Assembly (NCBI GenBank): GCA_027020785.1
Contig: JALUVI010000009.1
Location: 3,469 to 67,468 of the forward strand
Direction of reading: 5' to 3'
DNA from: Planctomycetota bacterium
Lineage (GTDB): Bacteria; Planctomycetota; UBA1135
Length of the DNA: 64,000 nucleotides
Part shown: one piece after another, positions 9,564 to 18,581 of the stretch
How positions within the stretch are numbered: position 1 is the stretch's first letter
Layout: each line of letters starts with the position of its first letter
The notes under the pieces: model-generated
The model's input: only the letters and a program-made list of their open reading frames with translations
What the model was told of the DNA's origin: nothing
Databases searched by the model: none
Made by a program: the position numbers and the translations under genes

Positions 9564-10774
9564 GGATTGGACTCGAGGAGGAGGACACCGCCGCGCACCC
9601 AGACGCGCACGACCAGGGGGCGGGCCGCGGACAGCGGGAAGCGCCGATGGTAGTCACCGGAGAGGACCACCACGGCGTCGCCGCGGTGGTCGAGGACGAC
9701 CTCGCGCGGGGCGCCGGGGTCACCGGAGGTGGAGCCGAGGTCGGTGGACTCGAGCCGTGCCGGGGCTCCGGGCTCCTCGCGCCAAGCCGAGAGCCCGCCG
9801 CCGAGATCGAGGCGGATCCGGATGCGCGCCCCCTCCGCGGTCGGCAGGACCAACCCCGCGTCCGGCACCCCGCTGCGGCCGAGCCGAAGGAGGAAACGGC
9901 GCGTCTCCCCCGGCTCGAGCGGAGGCAGGTCGAGCTGGACCAGGGCCCCGTCGCGCGCCGCGAGCAGGCGACGGTCGCCGAGTTCGTCCACGTCGCGCCC
10001 CCAGTACCTCGCTCCCGAAGGCAGGCGCCCGGTGGCGTCCGGCGACTCGGGGATGGTCACCGCGGCGGCCTCCGGTGGGCTCGGCGCCTCCACGGTCGTC
10101 GCCCGCCGCCAGGGCTCGGGGTCGTCCGGCCATCGGGTCAGCACGTGGACCGCCCAACGCGCCCACCCCTCCAAACGGACCTCGGCGACGGCATCGGCGA
10201 GCCGAGCCGGCGACACGGCAGGAGGCTCGGGAGCGGAGAAGGCAGCGGGATCGGCGTCGCGCAGAGCCTCGGCCAGCCCCTCCTGGAACCAGAGCGGGGC
10301 CCCACGCAGCTCCGGCCGTCGGGCCGCCCACAAGTGGACCGCCTCGTGGCGCACGGAACGGCGCAGGGTCCAGGGAGCGCGTGGCCAGGCCGCCAGCAGG
10401 GCGTCGCGACGCGGCAGGGGGACCACCGCCACGCCGAGGCGGGGAACGGTACGGGGCACCGCCGGATCGTCCACGGCGACGCCGCGACGACTCCAGAAGA
10501 CCGCCGCCGCCCAGGGGTCGGCCAGGACCGCCAGCCGCGGCGGCGGTGCGGCCGTGGCCGGAGGCCAGCGCTCGGTGAGCCGGAGGTAGGCCGCCCGAAC
10601 CGCTTCGAGGTCGGCCTCGAGCCCGGGCCTCCAAGCCTCCAGGCGCGAGGGCAGCTCCAGGGTCAGGGCGGCGCCGGGGACCGGCGCAGGGTTCGGTGAG
10701 GTCCAGGCACGCTCCTCGCGCACCGCCGGCGCCGTGCATGCGGCCAGCAGCAAGGCGATGATGAGCGGCTGCAT
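9560..10774 (-). CDS. Lipoprotein with an HExxH motif, putative peptidase-MA-like
   Basis: The start is the ATG at 10774 ('MQPLIIALLLAAC', lipobox). 'RHEAVHLW...PLWFQEGLAEAL' resembles the HExxH...E arrangement of MA-clan peptidases. The stop overlaps the sppA start (ATGA). Confidence 0.5.
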   Translation of the reverse strand: MQPLIIALLLAACTAPAVREERAWTSPNPAPVPGAALTLELPSRLEAWRPGLEADLEAVRAAYLRLTERWPPATAAPPPRLAVLADPWAAAVFWSRRGVAVDDPAVPRTVPRLGVAVVPLPRRDALLAAWPRAPWTLRRSVRHEAVHLWAARRPELRGAPLWFQEGLAEALRDADPAAFSAPEPPAVSPARLADAVAEVRLEGWARWAVHVLTRWPDDPEPWRRATTVEAPSPPEAAAVTIPESPDATGRLPSGARYWGRDVDELGDRRLLAARDGALVQLDLPPLEPGETRRFLLRLGRSGVPDAGLVLPTAEGARIRIRLDLGGGLSAWREEPGAPARLESTDLGSTSGDPGAPREVVLDHRGDAVVVLSGDYHRRFPLSAARPLVVRVWVRGGVLLLESNP

Positions 10775-10825
10775 GGCGCCGCCCCACCCCGACGGCGCGC
10801 CCCATGTCCGGCCGCCCTGCCCTTC

Positions 10826-11542
10826 ATGCCCCGCCCCCTGCCGCTTCCGCCATCCGCCCTCCTGCTCGACCTGGACGGCACCCTGGTCGACACCGAAGGC
10901 CTGCACTTCGAGAGCGCCCTGTCCGTCCTCGACGACTTCGGGGTCGCGATGGCGCCGGCCGAGTTCGAGCCCTACATCGGATGGGCCGAAGTGCCCTTCT
11001 GGGAGGACCTGGTCCGCCGCTTCGCGCTGCCGGCATCGCCCGCCGAACTGCTCGAACGCCGCACGCGGGCCTTCCTGGACCTGCTTCACGGGACCAGCAT
11101 AGAGCCGCTGCCCGGGGTCGCCGACCTCCTCGATTGGGCCGAGGCGCACCAGGTGCCGGTCGCTGTCGCGTCGAGCTCGCCTCGCGCCCAGATCGAAGCT
11201 TCGCTGCGCGCCGCCGGCCTCGCCGACCGCATCCGCGTCCGGCGCTCCGGCCACGAGGACGTCGCCGCGGGCAAACCGGCCCCCGACGTGTACCTCGCGG
11301 CGGCCGCCGCCCTCGGCGTCGAGCCGAAGCGGGCGATCGCGGTCGAGGACTCCCCCACTGGACTTCGCGCCGCTCTGGCCGCCGGCGCCTTCGCCGTGGC
11401 GGTCCCCTGCTGCAGCCATCCCGCTCCCCCCGAAGCGTTGGAGGGCGCCGACCTCGTCCTCGACGACCTGGGTCAGTTGGCGGCCCGCCTCGCCGCCTCC
11501 ACGAACCGCGCCGGGAACGCCGCGCCGAAGACCTCCTCGTAG
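10826..11542 (+). CDS. HAD-superfamily hydrolase, subfamily IA (beta-phosphoglucomutase-like)
   Basis: 'LLLDLDGTLVDTE' is motif I, 'VASSS' motif II, and 'GKPAPDVY...AVEDSPTGL' motifs III/IV. Confidence 0.8.
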   Translation: MPRPLPLPPSALLLDLDGTLVDTEGLHFESALSVLDDFGVAMAPAEFEPYIGWAEVPFWEDLVRRFALPASPAELLERRTRAFLDLLHGTSIEPLPGVADLLDWAEAHQVPVAVASSSPRAQIEASLRAAGLADRIRVRRSGHEDVAAGKPAPDVYLAAAAALGVEPKRAIAVEDSPTGLRAALAAGAFAVAVPCCSHPAPPEALEGADLVLDDLGQLAARLAASTNRAGNAAPKTSS

Positions 11543-13935
11543 CTCTCGACCCAGACGAACTCGAGGCCCCGGGTCCAGGCCTTCTCGAGGACCTCCACGT
11601 CGGGCCGGTTGTCCTTCGGAAGGATGATGCGACGCACGCCCTGGCGCTTGGCTGCCAGCACCTTCTCGCGCAGCCCACCCACCGGCAGGACCTCGCCGGT
11701 CAGCGAGATCTCGCCGGTCATCGCCGTGCGGGCCCTCATGGCGTGCCCCGTGAGGCAGGACACCATCGCGGTCGCAGCGGCGATGCCGGCGCTCGGGCCG
11801 TCCTTGGGCACGGCGCCGGCCGGGAAGTGCACGTGGAGATCGAGCCCTTGCATCAGATCCACGTCGATGCCGTAGGAGCGCCCGTGCGAGCGGAGATAGG
11901 CGTGTGCGATGCGAGTGGACTCCTGCATCACCTCGCCGAGACGGCCGGTGGCCTGGACCGCGCCGCGGCCGGGGTAGGACACGGCCTCGATCTCCAAGAC
12001 GTCGCCGCCGTATGGGGTGTAGGCGAGGCCCAGAGCCACGCCGACGCCGGGATGGAGGCGCACCTCCTCCTCGAGGAAACGCGGCGGCCCGAGGTACCGT
12101 TCGAGACGCTTCGGACCGATCGCGGGTTTCGGCCGTTTGCCCTCGGCGATCTCCATCGCCCGCTTGCGGCACAACGAGGCGATCATCTTCTCGAGCCCGC
12201 GCACTCCGGCTTCCCGGGTCCAGCCGCGAATCAGCAGTCGCAGCGTGGCCACCGGCAGCGCGATGCGGTCCGGCTCCAGACCGTTTTCGCGGATCTGGCG
12301 CGGCAAGAGGTGGCGCCTGGCGATCATCACCTTCTCCTGCTCGATGTAGCCGGGCAACTCGATGATCTCCATCCGGTCGCGCAGGGCATCGGGGATGTCC
12401 ATGACCACGTTGGCGGTGGCGATGAACAGCACCCTGGAGAGGTCGAACGGCAAGTCCAGATAGAGGTCGAGGAAGGCGTGGTTCTGCGCCGGATCGAGCA
12501 CCTCCAGCAGGGCGCTCGCCGGATCACCCCGGAAGTCCTTGCCGAGCTTGTCGATCTCGTCCAACACCAGGATCGGATTGTTGGTCCCGGCCCGCTTGAT
12601 CATCTGGACGATGCGGCCCGGCATGGCGCCGACATAGGTTCGACGATGTCCCTTGATCTCGGCCTCGTCTCGCATCCCCCCCAGGCTCATGCGCTCGAAG
12701 CGGCGCCCCATCGCCTCGGCCAGGGCCATCGCGAGCGAAGTCTTGCCAACGCCGGGAGGGCCAGCGAAGCAGAGGATCGCGCCGCGCGGCTCCTTGCGGA
12801 GTTTGCGCACGGCGAGGAACTCGAGGATGCGCTCCTTGGCCTCCTCGAGTCCGTAGTGGTGTTTGTCGAGGACCCGCCTTGCACGCTTCAGGTCGAGCGA
12901 GTCCTCGCTGGTCACGTGCCACGGCAATTCGACCAACCAATCCAGGTAGGTGCGCACCACCGAATACTCGGGGGAGGTCTGCGGAATCAGGGCCAGTCTC
13001 TCGAGCTCGTCCCGCACCTTCGCTGCGACCTCCTCGGGGTAGTCTCCCTCTTCGAGCTTGGCCAGGAAGTAGTCCCGGTCCTGCTCCTGCGGCTCCTTCT
13101 CCTCGCCGAGCTCGCGCTTGATCACCTTGATCTGCTCGCGCAGGAAGAACTCCTTCTGCTGCTGCTCGATGCGGGCGCGGATCTCCTGCTGGATGCGGTC
13201 GCCGAGCTCGAGGGTGACCAGCTCGCGCGTCAAGGCTTCGTCCACGATCATCAGACGCTCACGAACGTCGAGCTCCCGCAGTACCGACAGCTTGGTTGCG
13301 GCGTCTCGGACCAGATAGGCGGCGCAGAAGTCGGCAAGCTGACCGGCGGCCTCGATGTTGAGCGCCGCCAGGCTGAAGCCTTCACCCAGACTGGGGTTGT
13401 GGGCCGCGACCTTCTGGGCCAGCTCCAAGACGTTGCGGGCCAGGGCCTCGGTCTCGCGTCCGGGCGACGGCCGGTCCTCCGGGTAGGAGACGCGCACCCG
13501 GGGTACACCCCGCACCCGGAGGAAGCGCTCGACGCGGAAACGCCGGATCCCGCGACAAAGGAAGTTGGAGTTGCCGTCCGGCAACCGGATGCGACGGTGG
13601 ATCTCGGCGAGCACCCCCATGTCGGCGAATTGGGAAGACTCGGTGGGCAGGCCCTCGGTCGGGGCCCCCGGAGCCGGCAGCAGCCCGACCTTTCCCCCGG
13701 CCCGGACCGCTGCCTCCATGATCTCGGTCTCGGGGCCATCCTCGACCTGGACCGGCATGATCAGGGAGGGGAACGGGACGGACCGCCGCAGCGGAAACGC
13801 GATGAGCGTGCCGGGGAGTGAATCCACGCTCGGCATCGGCAGCCGACTCAACTCCTCGGCGGCCTCCTCGACGCGCTCTTCGTTCTCGCCGGGCGGGAAG
13901 TGCTGGATCTCGGGATCGGGAGCGTCTTGCGTCAT
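11473..13935 (-). CDS. lon: ATP-dependent Lon protease (endopeptidase La)
   Basis: It has an N-terminal LON domain, Walker A 'GPPGVGKTS' and the protease motif 'PKDGPSAGIA'. The length is 820 aa. Confidence 0.95.
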   Translation of the reverse strand: MTQDAPDPEIQHFPPGENEERVEEAAEELSRLPMPSVDSLPGTLIAFPLRRSVPFPSLIMPVQVEDGPETEIMEAAVRAGGKVGLLPAPGAPTEGLPTESSQFADMGVLAEIHRRIRLPDGNSNFLCRGIRRFRVERFLRVRGVPRVRVSYPEDRPSPGRETEALARNVLELAQKVAAHNPSLGEGFSLAALNIEAAGQLADFCAAYLVRDAATKLSVLRELDVRERLMIVDEALTRELVTLELGDRIQQEIRARIEQQQKEFFLREQIKVIKRELGEEKEPQEQDRDYFLAKLEEGDYPEEVAAKVRDELERLALIPQTSPEYSVVRTYLDWLVELPWHVTSEDSLDLKRARRVLDKHHYGLEEAKERILEFLAVRKLRKEPRGAILCFAGPPGVGKTSLAMALAEAMGRRFERMSLGGMRDEAEIKGHRRTYVGAMPGRIVQMIKRAGTNNPILVLDEIDKLGKDFRGDPASALLEVLDPAQNHAFLDLYLDLPFDLSRVLFIATANVVMDIPDALRDRMEIIELPGYIEQEKVMIARRHLLPRQIRENGLEPDRIALPVATLRLLIRGWTREAGVRGLEKMIASLCRKRAMEIAEGKRPKPAIGPKRLERYLGPPRFLEEEVRLHPGVGVALGLAYTPYGGDVLEIEAVSYPGRGAVQATGRLGEVMQESTRIAHAYLRSHGRSYGIDVDLMQGLDLHVHFPAGAVPKDGPSAGIAAATAMVSCLTGHAMRARTAMTGEISLTGEVLPVGGLREKVLAAKRQGVRRIILPKDNRPDVEVLEKAWTRGLEFVWVESYEEVFGAAFPARFVEAARRAAN

Positions 13936-15236
13936 GGCGAAGCGGAGGAAGCAGTGGTGAGGACCTCTTCACCCTCGGTGCGGGCGACGACGGCAGCGGC
14001 GATGGTGTCGGACCAGACGTTCACCGCGGTCCGCATCATGTCGAGCGGGCGATCGATGGCGAGGAGCAGGACGGCGCCCTCGATGGGCAGCCCCAGCCCC
14101 GACAGGATCGCGGTCATCATCACCAATCCGGCCGAAGGGATCCCGGCGGCGCCGATCGAGGCCAGGAGTGCGGTGAACACCACGTAGATCTGATCGGCGA
14201 GATCGAGGGAGAAGCCGCCCGAAGAAGCATAGAACTGCGACAGGAACAGCACCCCCAGGCATTCGTAGAGGGCGGTGCCGTCCATGTTGATGGTCGCACC
14301 GAGCGGGAGCGTGAAGGACGCAATCTTGTTGGAGACGCGCCCCCGCTCTTCGACCACGCGCAGGGTGACCGGGAGCGTGACCGAGGAGCTCGAAGTCGAG
14401 AAGGCCGTCAGCAGGGCCGGCAGGGCGGCCTTGAACCACCGCAACGGTGAGACCCCGGCGATGAACCAGAGCAAGGCGGGAAGGACCACCGCGGCATGGA
14501 ACAGCAGCGCCAGGCCCACCACCGCCATGTAGTAGAGGAGGTCGCCGAACGATCCGAAGCCGGTCTCGCCGACCACCTTCACCATCAAGGCGAACACGCC
14601 GTAGGGAATCAGGGACAGGACCCAGCCGGCGATCTCCATCATCAGGGCGAACCCCGACTCGAACAGTTCCTGGAGCGGACGGCGATGACGCTCCGGAAGA
14701 CGAGCCAGGAAGAAGCCGACGAGGAGGGCGAAGAAGATGACCTGGAGCATCAGGCCGTTGTCCGAGAGCGCCTCGAAGACGTTCTGCGGGATCATCCGCT
14801 CGAGGATGTCGGCGAAACTCCGGCCGCCGCCGGGCTCGAAGTGGTCGGGCACCGCCAAGGGCAGGTCGGCCCCGACCCCGGGACGGAAGAGGTTGACCGC
14901 CAGCAGACCGGTCGTGATGGCCAGCAACGAAGTCAGGACGTAGTAGCCGAGGGTCTTGCCGCCGAGACGTCCGAAATCACGGCTGCCGGCGATGCCCGCC
15001 ACCCCCTGGACGATGCTGGTCAGGATCAGCGGCACGATGAGCATCCGCAGGAGGCTCATGAACACGTTGGCGGCGAGCCGAAAGGGCGCCAGCCAGGTGT
15101 CCAGGGCACAGCCGTCGGCGAGTCGGGCGACCCCTTTCTCGTCGACCACGAACTCGGCGGGCAGCCATGCCCGCATGGCGGCCCCCGTGAGGGTCCCGAG
15201 GACCAGCCAGAGGAGGATCCGCGTGTGGAGCTTCAC
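13932..15236 (-). CDS. Dicarboxylate/amino acid:cation symporter (DAACS family)
   Basis: It is polytopic. 'SSSVTLPV', 'PLGATINMDGTALY' and 'AAGIPSAGLV' match GltP/SstT-type motifs. The stop overlaps the lon start. Confidence 0.85.
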   Translation of the reverse strand: MKLHTRILLWLVLGTLTGAAMRAWLPAEFVVDEKGVARLADGCALDTWLAPFRLAANVFMSLLRMLIVPLILTSIVQGVAGIAGSRDFGRLGGKTLGYYVLTSLLAITTGLLAVNLFRPGVGADLPLAVPDHFEPGGGRSFADILERMIPQNVFEALSDNGLMLQVIFFALLVGFFLARLPERHRRPLQELFESGFALMMEIAGWVLSLIPYGVFALMVKVVGETGFGSFGDLLYYMAVVGLALLFHAAVVLPALLWFIAGVSPLRWFKAALPALLTAFSTSSSSVTLPVTLRVVEERGRVSNKIASFTLPLGATINMDGTALYECLGVLFLSQFYASSGGFSLDLADQIYVVFTALLASIGAAGIPSAGLVMMTAILSGLGLPIEGAVLLLAIDRPLDMMRTAVNVWSDTIAAAVVARTEGEEVLTTASSASP

Positions 15237-15269
15237 GGCCCCAGGATAGGGGCGCGGGCCTCCACCGCC

Positions 15270-16163
15270 CTAGATCTCGACGCCGAAGACGCCCTTGAGT
15301 CCGAAGCCCACGGCCAACGAGACCACCACGAACCAGATCATGACGGACATCTCGCCGCCCCCCAGGAAGCCGAGGGGTTGGGGGGGATAGGGCACGAGGA
15401 CGGCCCGGACGAAGGAGTCGTCGGGCAGGACCGGCTCACCGAACCAGAGGATGGGGTCCTCGGCGGCGAGGAAGCGGTCCACCGGCTCGGAGGTCCGGAG
15501 CCGGGCCAGGCGCCGCGGCCTCTCGCTCGAGGCCAGGACCTTGGTGACCTCCTCGCCGCCGTGCTGCAGGGAGAGGTCCCCGATGCCCTCCCCGAGATCG
15601 GTGAGCTGGAGCAGGATCCGCGGGGCGGCACGGTCGGCCAGGTTCACCCGCCGCTCGACCCGGAAGGCCTGGGGCAGTTCGATCCCGACCTCGGTCGGAT
15701 CCACTCCCTGGCGCAGTTCGACCTGGACCAATGGACGGTCGCCGGGTTCCAGCGGCGCAAAGGCGTACAGCGCGTTCAGCTGGAACCAGACGAACATGAA
15801 GGGAACCGCCAGGACGAACAGCGGCAGCAGGTTCAATCCGATGTAGGCGAAGTTCCAGAACAAGGTGCCGCCGGTGGACTTCAGCACCGAGGGCAGGTCG
15901 TCCTGGAACAGACGGATCGCGAGCAGGTTGTACTTGATGCGGTCCTTGACCGCCTTGATCCCACGCTGGCTGCTGACGTGGGGGAAGGCCAGGATGAAGA
16001 GCACCCCGACCAGGGCGGAGACGAAGGTCACGGCCCAGAACGGCCCCATCCAACCGAGGATGAGGTCGAGACCGTCGAAGACCGCGTTCAGCGCACTCGG
16101 CACCAGCACGCCCACCACCGCGATGGCGGCGGCGATGGCGAAGACGATGAGACGGCCCTTCAC
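15270..16163 (-). CDS. Hypothetical polytopic membrane protein (297 aa)
   Basis: Clear hydrophobic helices lie at the N terminus, in the middle and at the extreme C terminus. A soluble segment of about 110 aa lies between them. I recognise no family. It sits directly downstream of RHH-B. Confidence 0.55.
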   Translation of the reverse strand: MKGRLIVFAIAAAIAVVGVLVPSALNAVFDGLDLILGWMGPFWAVTFVSALVGVLFILAFPHVSSQRGIKAVKDRIKYNLLAIRLFQDDLPSVLKSTGGTLFWNFAYIGLNLLPLFVLAVPFMFVWFQLNALYAFAPLEPGDRPLVQVELRQGVDPTEVGIELPQAFRVERRVNLADRAAPRILLQLTDLGEGIGDLSLQHGGEEVTKVLASSERPRRLARLRTSEPVDRFLAAEDPILWFGEPVLPDDSFVRAVLVPYPPQPLGFLGGGEMSVMIWFVVVSLAVGFGLKGVFGVEI

Positions 16164-16202
16164 GGCTGGCGGCTCGAGGCGGGGATGGATGAAGAGCTGG
16201 GC

Positions 16203-16400
16203 TCAGCTGATGTAGCCGAGACCACGCAGCGATTCGGTGATGGCCTCGTCGCTGGTACCGGCGGCCTCGATCTGCTTGAGCTCCTTCTCGAGGACGTGCT
16301 CGATGAACTCCTGCACCGAGGAGTAGCCGGCGACCTCAGCGCACTTCTTGGCGCGCTCGAGCAGTTGCTTGTCGATCTTGACTTTGTTGCCTCCGAACAT
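16203..16400 (-). CDS. Small ribbon-helix-helix (CopG/Arc-like) protein, copy B, with a C-terminal 'LGYIS' tail
   Basis: 'KVKIDKQLLERAKKCAEVAGYSSVQEFIEHVLEKEL' fits a beta-strand/helix/helix pattern. It is a paralog of the ORF at 23594..23830. Confidence 0.65.
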   Translation of the reverse strand: MFGGNKVKIDKQLLERAKKCAEVAGYSSVQEFIEHVLEKELKQIEAAGTSDEAITESLRGLGYIS

Positions 16401-16418
16401 GGATGGAATCTATCTGGG

Positions 16419-18581
16419 TTAGGGGTTTCGGATGTCGTGGAACAGCGGTCTGCCGTCCATGCCGTCGGGGGGCTCCACGCCGAACAAGGCGTAGAGGGTG
16501 GCGGTGATGTCCTCCAAGGCGGGGTCCTTGGCGAGCTCGACTGGATGGCGCACGATCATGGTGCCGCGCACCAACTCCGGATCCATGAGGTGGCTGCCGG
16601 ACCAACGCGAGTCGTTGTCCACGATGCAGCGCCCCTCCTGCCACGTGCCGACGACACCGCCGATGGCGGACTCGTCGCTGGCGCCGTAGCCGACGTCGAA
16701 GCCGAGCTGGAGGTCGGGCGCCCAGCGCAGCTGGTCGCCCTGGAAGACGTCGGTGGCGAGCTCCACGCGCGTCATCACCGGGCTGCCGTCTTCGTCCCGC
16801 AAGGCCAGCAACTTGGCCCGGATCTCCTCGAGCAGCGCCGGCGCCTCGTCGTCGGTGACGATGCCGAAGGGCTCACGGCCGACGCGGTTGAGGATGACGC
16901 CGTTGAAGCCGACCGCGTAGGCACGGGTCTTCGCCCAATCCACGTCGCCGCTGCCGGGGATCGGGTTGCCGTCGTGGTCCAGGTGGACCGCAAGGCTCGA
17001 GGTCGAAGTCACTCCTTCCTTCAGGACCAGGTAGCCCTCCTGCACCAGCCAGTCGTTCACGTGCATCTTGCGACGGAACGGCGCGAAGCCGTGGTCGCTC
17101 ATCACGATCAGCTCGACGGGCTCTCCGCCGGCGGCCTCGACCGCCTCGATCTCCTCCATCAGCCGACCGAGCATGGCGTCCACCTGACGATAGATGCGGT
17201 CGATCTGCTGGTCGTAGGGCACCCCGTCGTACTCGCCCGGGGGCTCCTGGTGGGGATGCTCGGGATCCTGGCAGTGCCACAGCATGTGGCATCGAAGATC
17301 GAGCGACCCGACGTAGAAGAACAGCAGCCCGCCGGTACGGGACCACTGGTCCACCGCATAGTCGAGCATGCGCGCGCGCTCCTCGATCACCGTGTCGGAC
17401 TGGTCCACGAAGCCCGCGGTGTCGAGCAGGCCGGCCTTGTAGGCCTTGTAGGCATCCGGGAAGCCTTGCGTGTAGTACGGCCCGATGGCGGCGGCGAGGT
17501 CGGCGGCGGCCTCCTCGGGAGTGCTCACCGGCATTGCGGGAGCGAAGGGATCGATCTGCACCGGCGCGCCGTAGACCTCGAACGGCTCGTCGGAGACGAA
17601 CCGGAACCGCGTGTAGCCGGAGACCGGCACCATGCCGCCCCACAGCATGCCGAACTCGACCGGGATCCAGTCGCTCCACTCACCGAGCGAACACAGCGCC
17701 CAGGCGTCGCCGATGCGCACGGCGAGCTGCGGTACGGAGTCGGTCCGGTCCACGTAGAACTCGACCGGCTCGAAGACCTCCCTGGCCCTCACGATCTCAC
17801 CGTCCAGACGATTGGCGAGAGCCATGTCGCCGGCGGCGATGGCCGCGTCGCGTTGCGCCTCGAGGTCGCTCAAGTCCTTGTAGCCGTCCTCGGGCCCGAA
17901 GATGCGGTCGTAGGCCTTCCACAGGCGGGAGTCGTTCCGCGTCACCTTGACCCGACGGCGGAAGTAGCTCTCGCCCGAACCGGGAGTGACCCGCTCGCCC
18001 CAGAGGTAGGCCTTGCCGGAGGCGGCTCCGGTCAGGTCGGGGGTCCCCATGTCGGGGAACACGACCGCGTGCGCTTCCTGGGGGGGGAAATCGGCCGGGA
18101 TGCGGTGCACGTAGACGGGCACTCCGGCTTCACCCATGACCTCCCAGAAGGCCGGGAAGGCCCGTGTCAGTCGGGTCTCACCCCCGGTCAGCGGAATGCG
18201 GTAGCCGAACAGCGGCAGCTCGAGGCCCACCGGATCCGTCTCGGACATGGACGACTGGATGCCGTAGTCGCTGCGGCGGACGTGGATGAAGTCGTAGAGG
18301 CCGTGGCGCCCCGGATTGGCGCCGGTGATGAAGTTGGACCAGGCCACGGGCGACTGCGGAGGCCAACTGGTCTGCAGGGAGGACAGCCTCCCGCCGCGGA
18401 TCAGCTCGGCGAAGTGGGGCAGCTCGCCCCGCTCGACCCGCTCCATCAGCATCTCGGGGTCGAGACCGTCCACCCCGAACACCACGACCCGACGGTCGGA
18501 GTGGCCGAGGTCGAGATCGCCCCCGCCACAGGCAGCGAGCACGCCGAGGAGGGCGCAAGCCGAGGCCAGGCGCACCCTCAT
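16419..18581 (-). CDS. Alkaline-phosphatase/nucleotide-pyrophosphatase (NPP) superfamily lipoprotein, 720 aa
   Basis: The lipobox is 'LGVLAAC'. Motifs are 'VVFGVDGLDPEM', 'PPQSPVAWSNFITG', 'MSDHGFAPFRR' and 'WSGSHLMDP'. It is a paralog of 18578..20776 and 24545..27052. Confidence 0.75.
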   Translation of the reverse strand: MRVRLASACALLGVLAACGGGDLDLGHSDRRVVVFGVDGLDPEMLMERVERGELPHFAELIRGGRLSSLQTSWPPQSPVAWSNFITGANPGRHGLYDFIHVRRSDYGIQSSMSETDPVGLELPLFGYRIPLTGGETRLTRAFPAFWEVMGEAGVPVYVHRIPADFPPQEAHAVVFPDMGTPDLTGAASGKAYLWGERVTPGSGESYFRRRVKVTRNDSRLWKAYDRIFGPEDGYKDLSDLEAQRDAAIAAGDMALANRLDGEIVRAREVFEPVEFYVDRTDSVPQLAVRIGDAWALCSLGEWSDWIPVEFGMLWGGMVPVSGYTRFRFVSDEPFEVYGAPVQIDPFAPAMPVSTPEEAAADLAAAIGPYYTQGFPDAYKAYKAGLLDTAGFVDQSDTVIEERARMLDYAVDQWSRTGGLLFFYVGSLDLRCHMLWHCQDPEHPHQEPPGEYDGVPYDQQIDRIYRQVDAMLGRLMEEIEAVEAAGGEPVELIVMSDHGFAPFRRKMHVNDWLVQEGYLVLKEGVTSTSSLAVHLDHDGNPIPGSGDVDWAKTRAYAVGFNGVILNRVGREPFGIVTDDEAPALLEEIRAKLLALRDEDGSPVMTRVELATDVFQGDQLRWAPDLQLGFDVGYGASDESAIGGVVGTWQEGRCIVDNDSRWSGSHLMDPELVRGTMIVRHPVELAKDPALEDITATLYALFGVEPPDGMDGRPLFHDIRNP

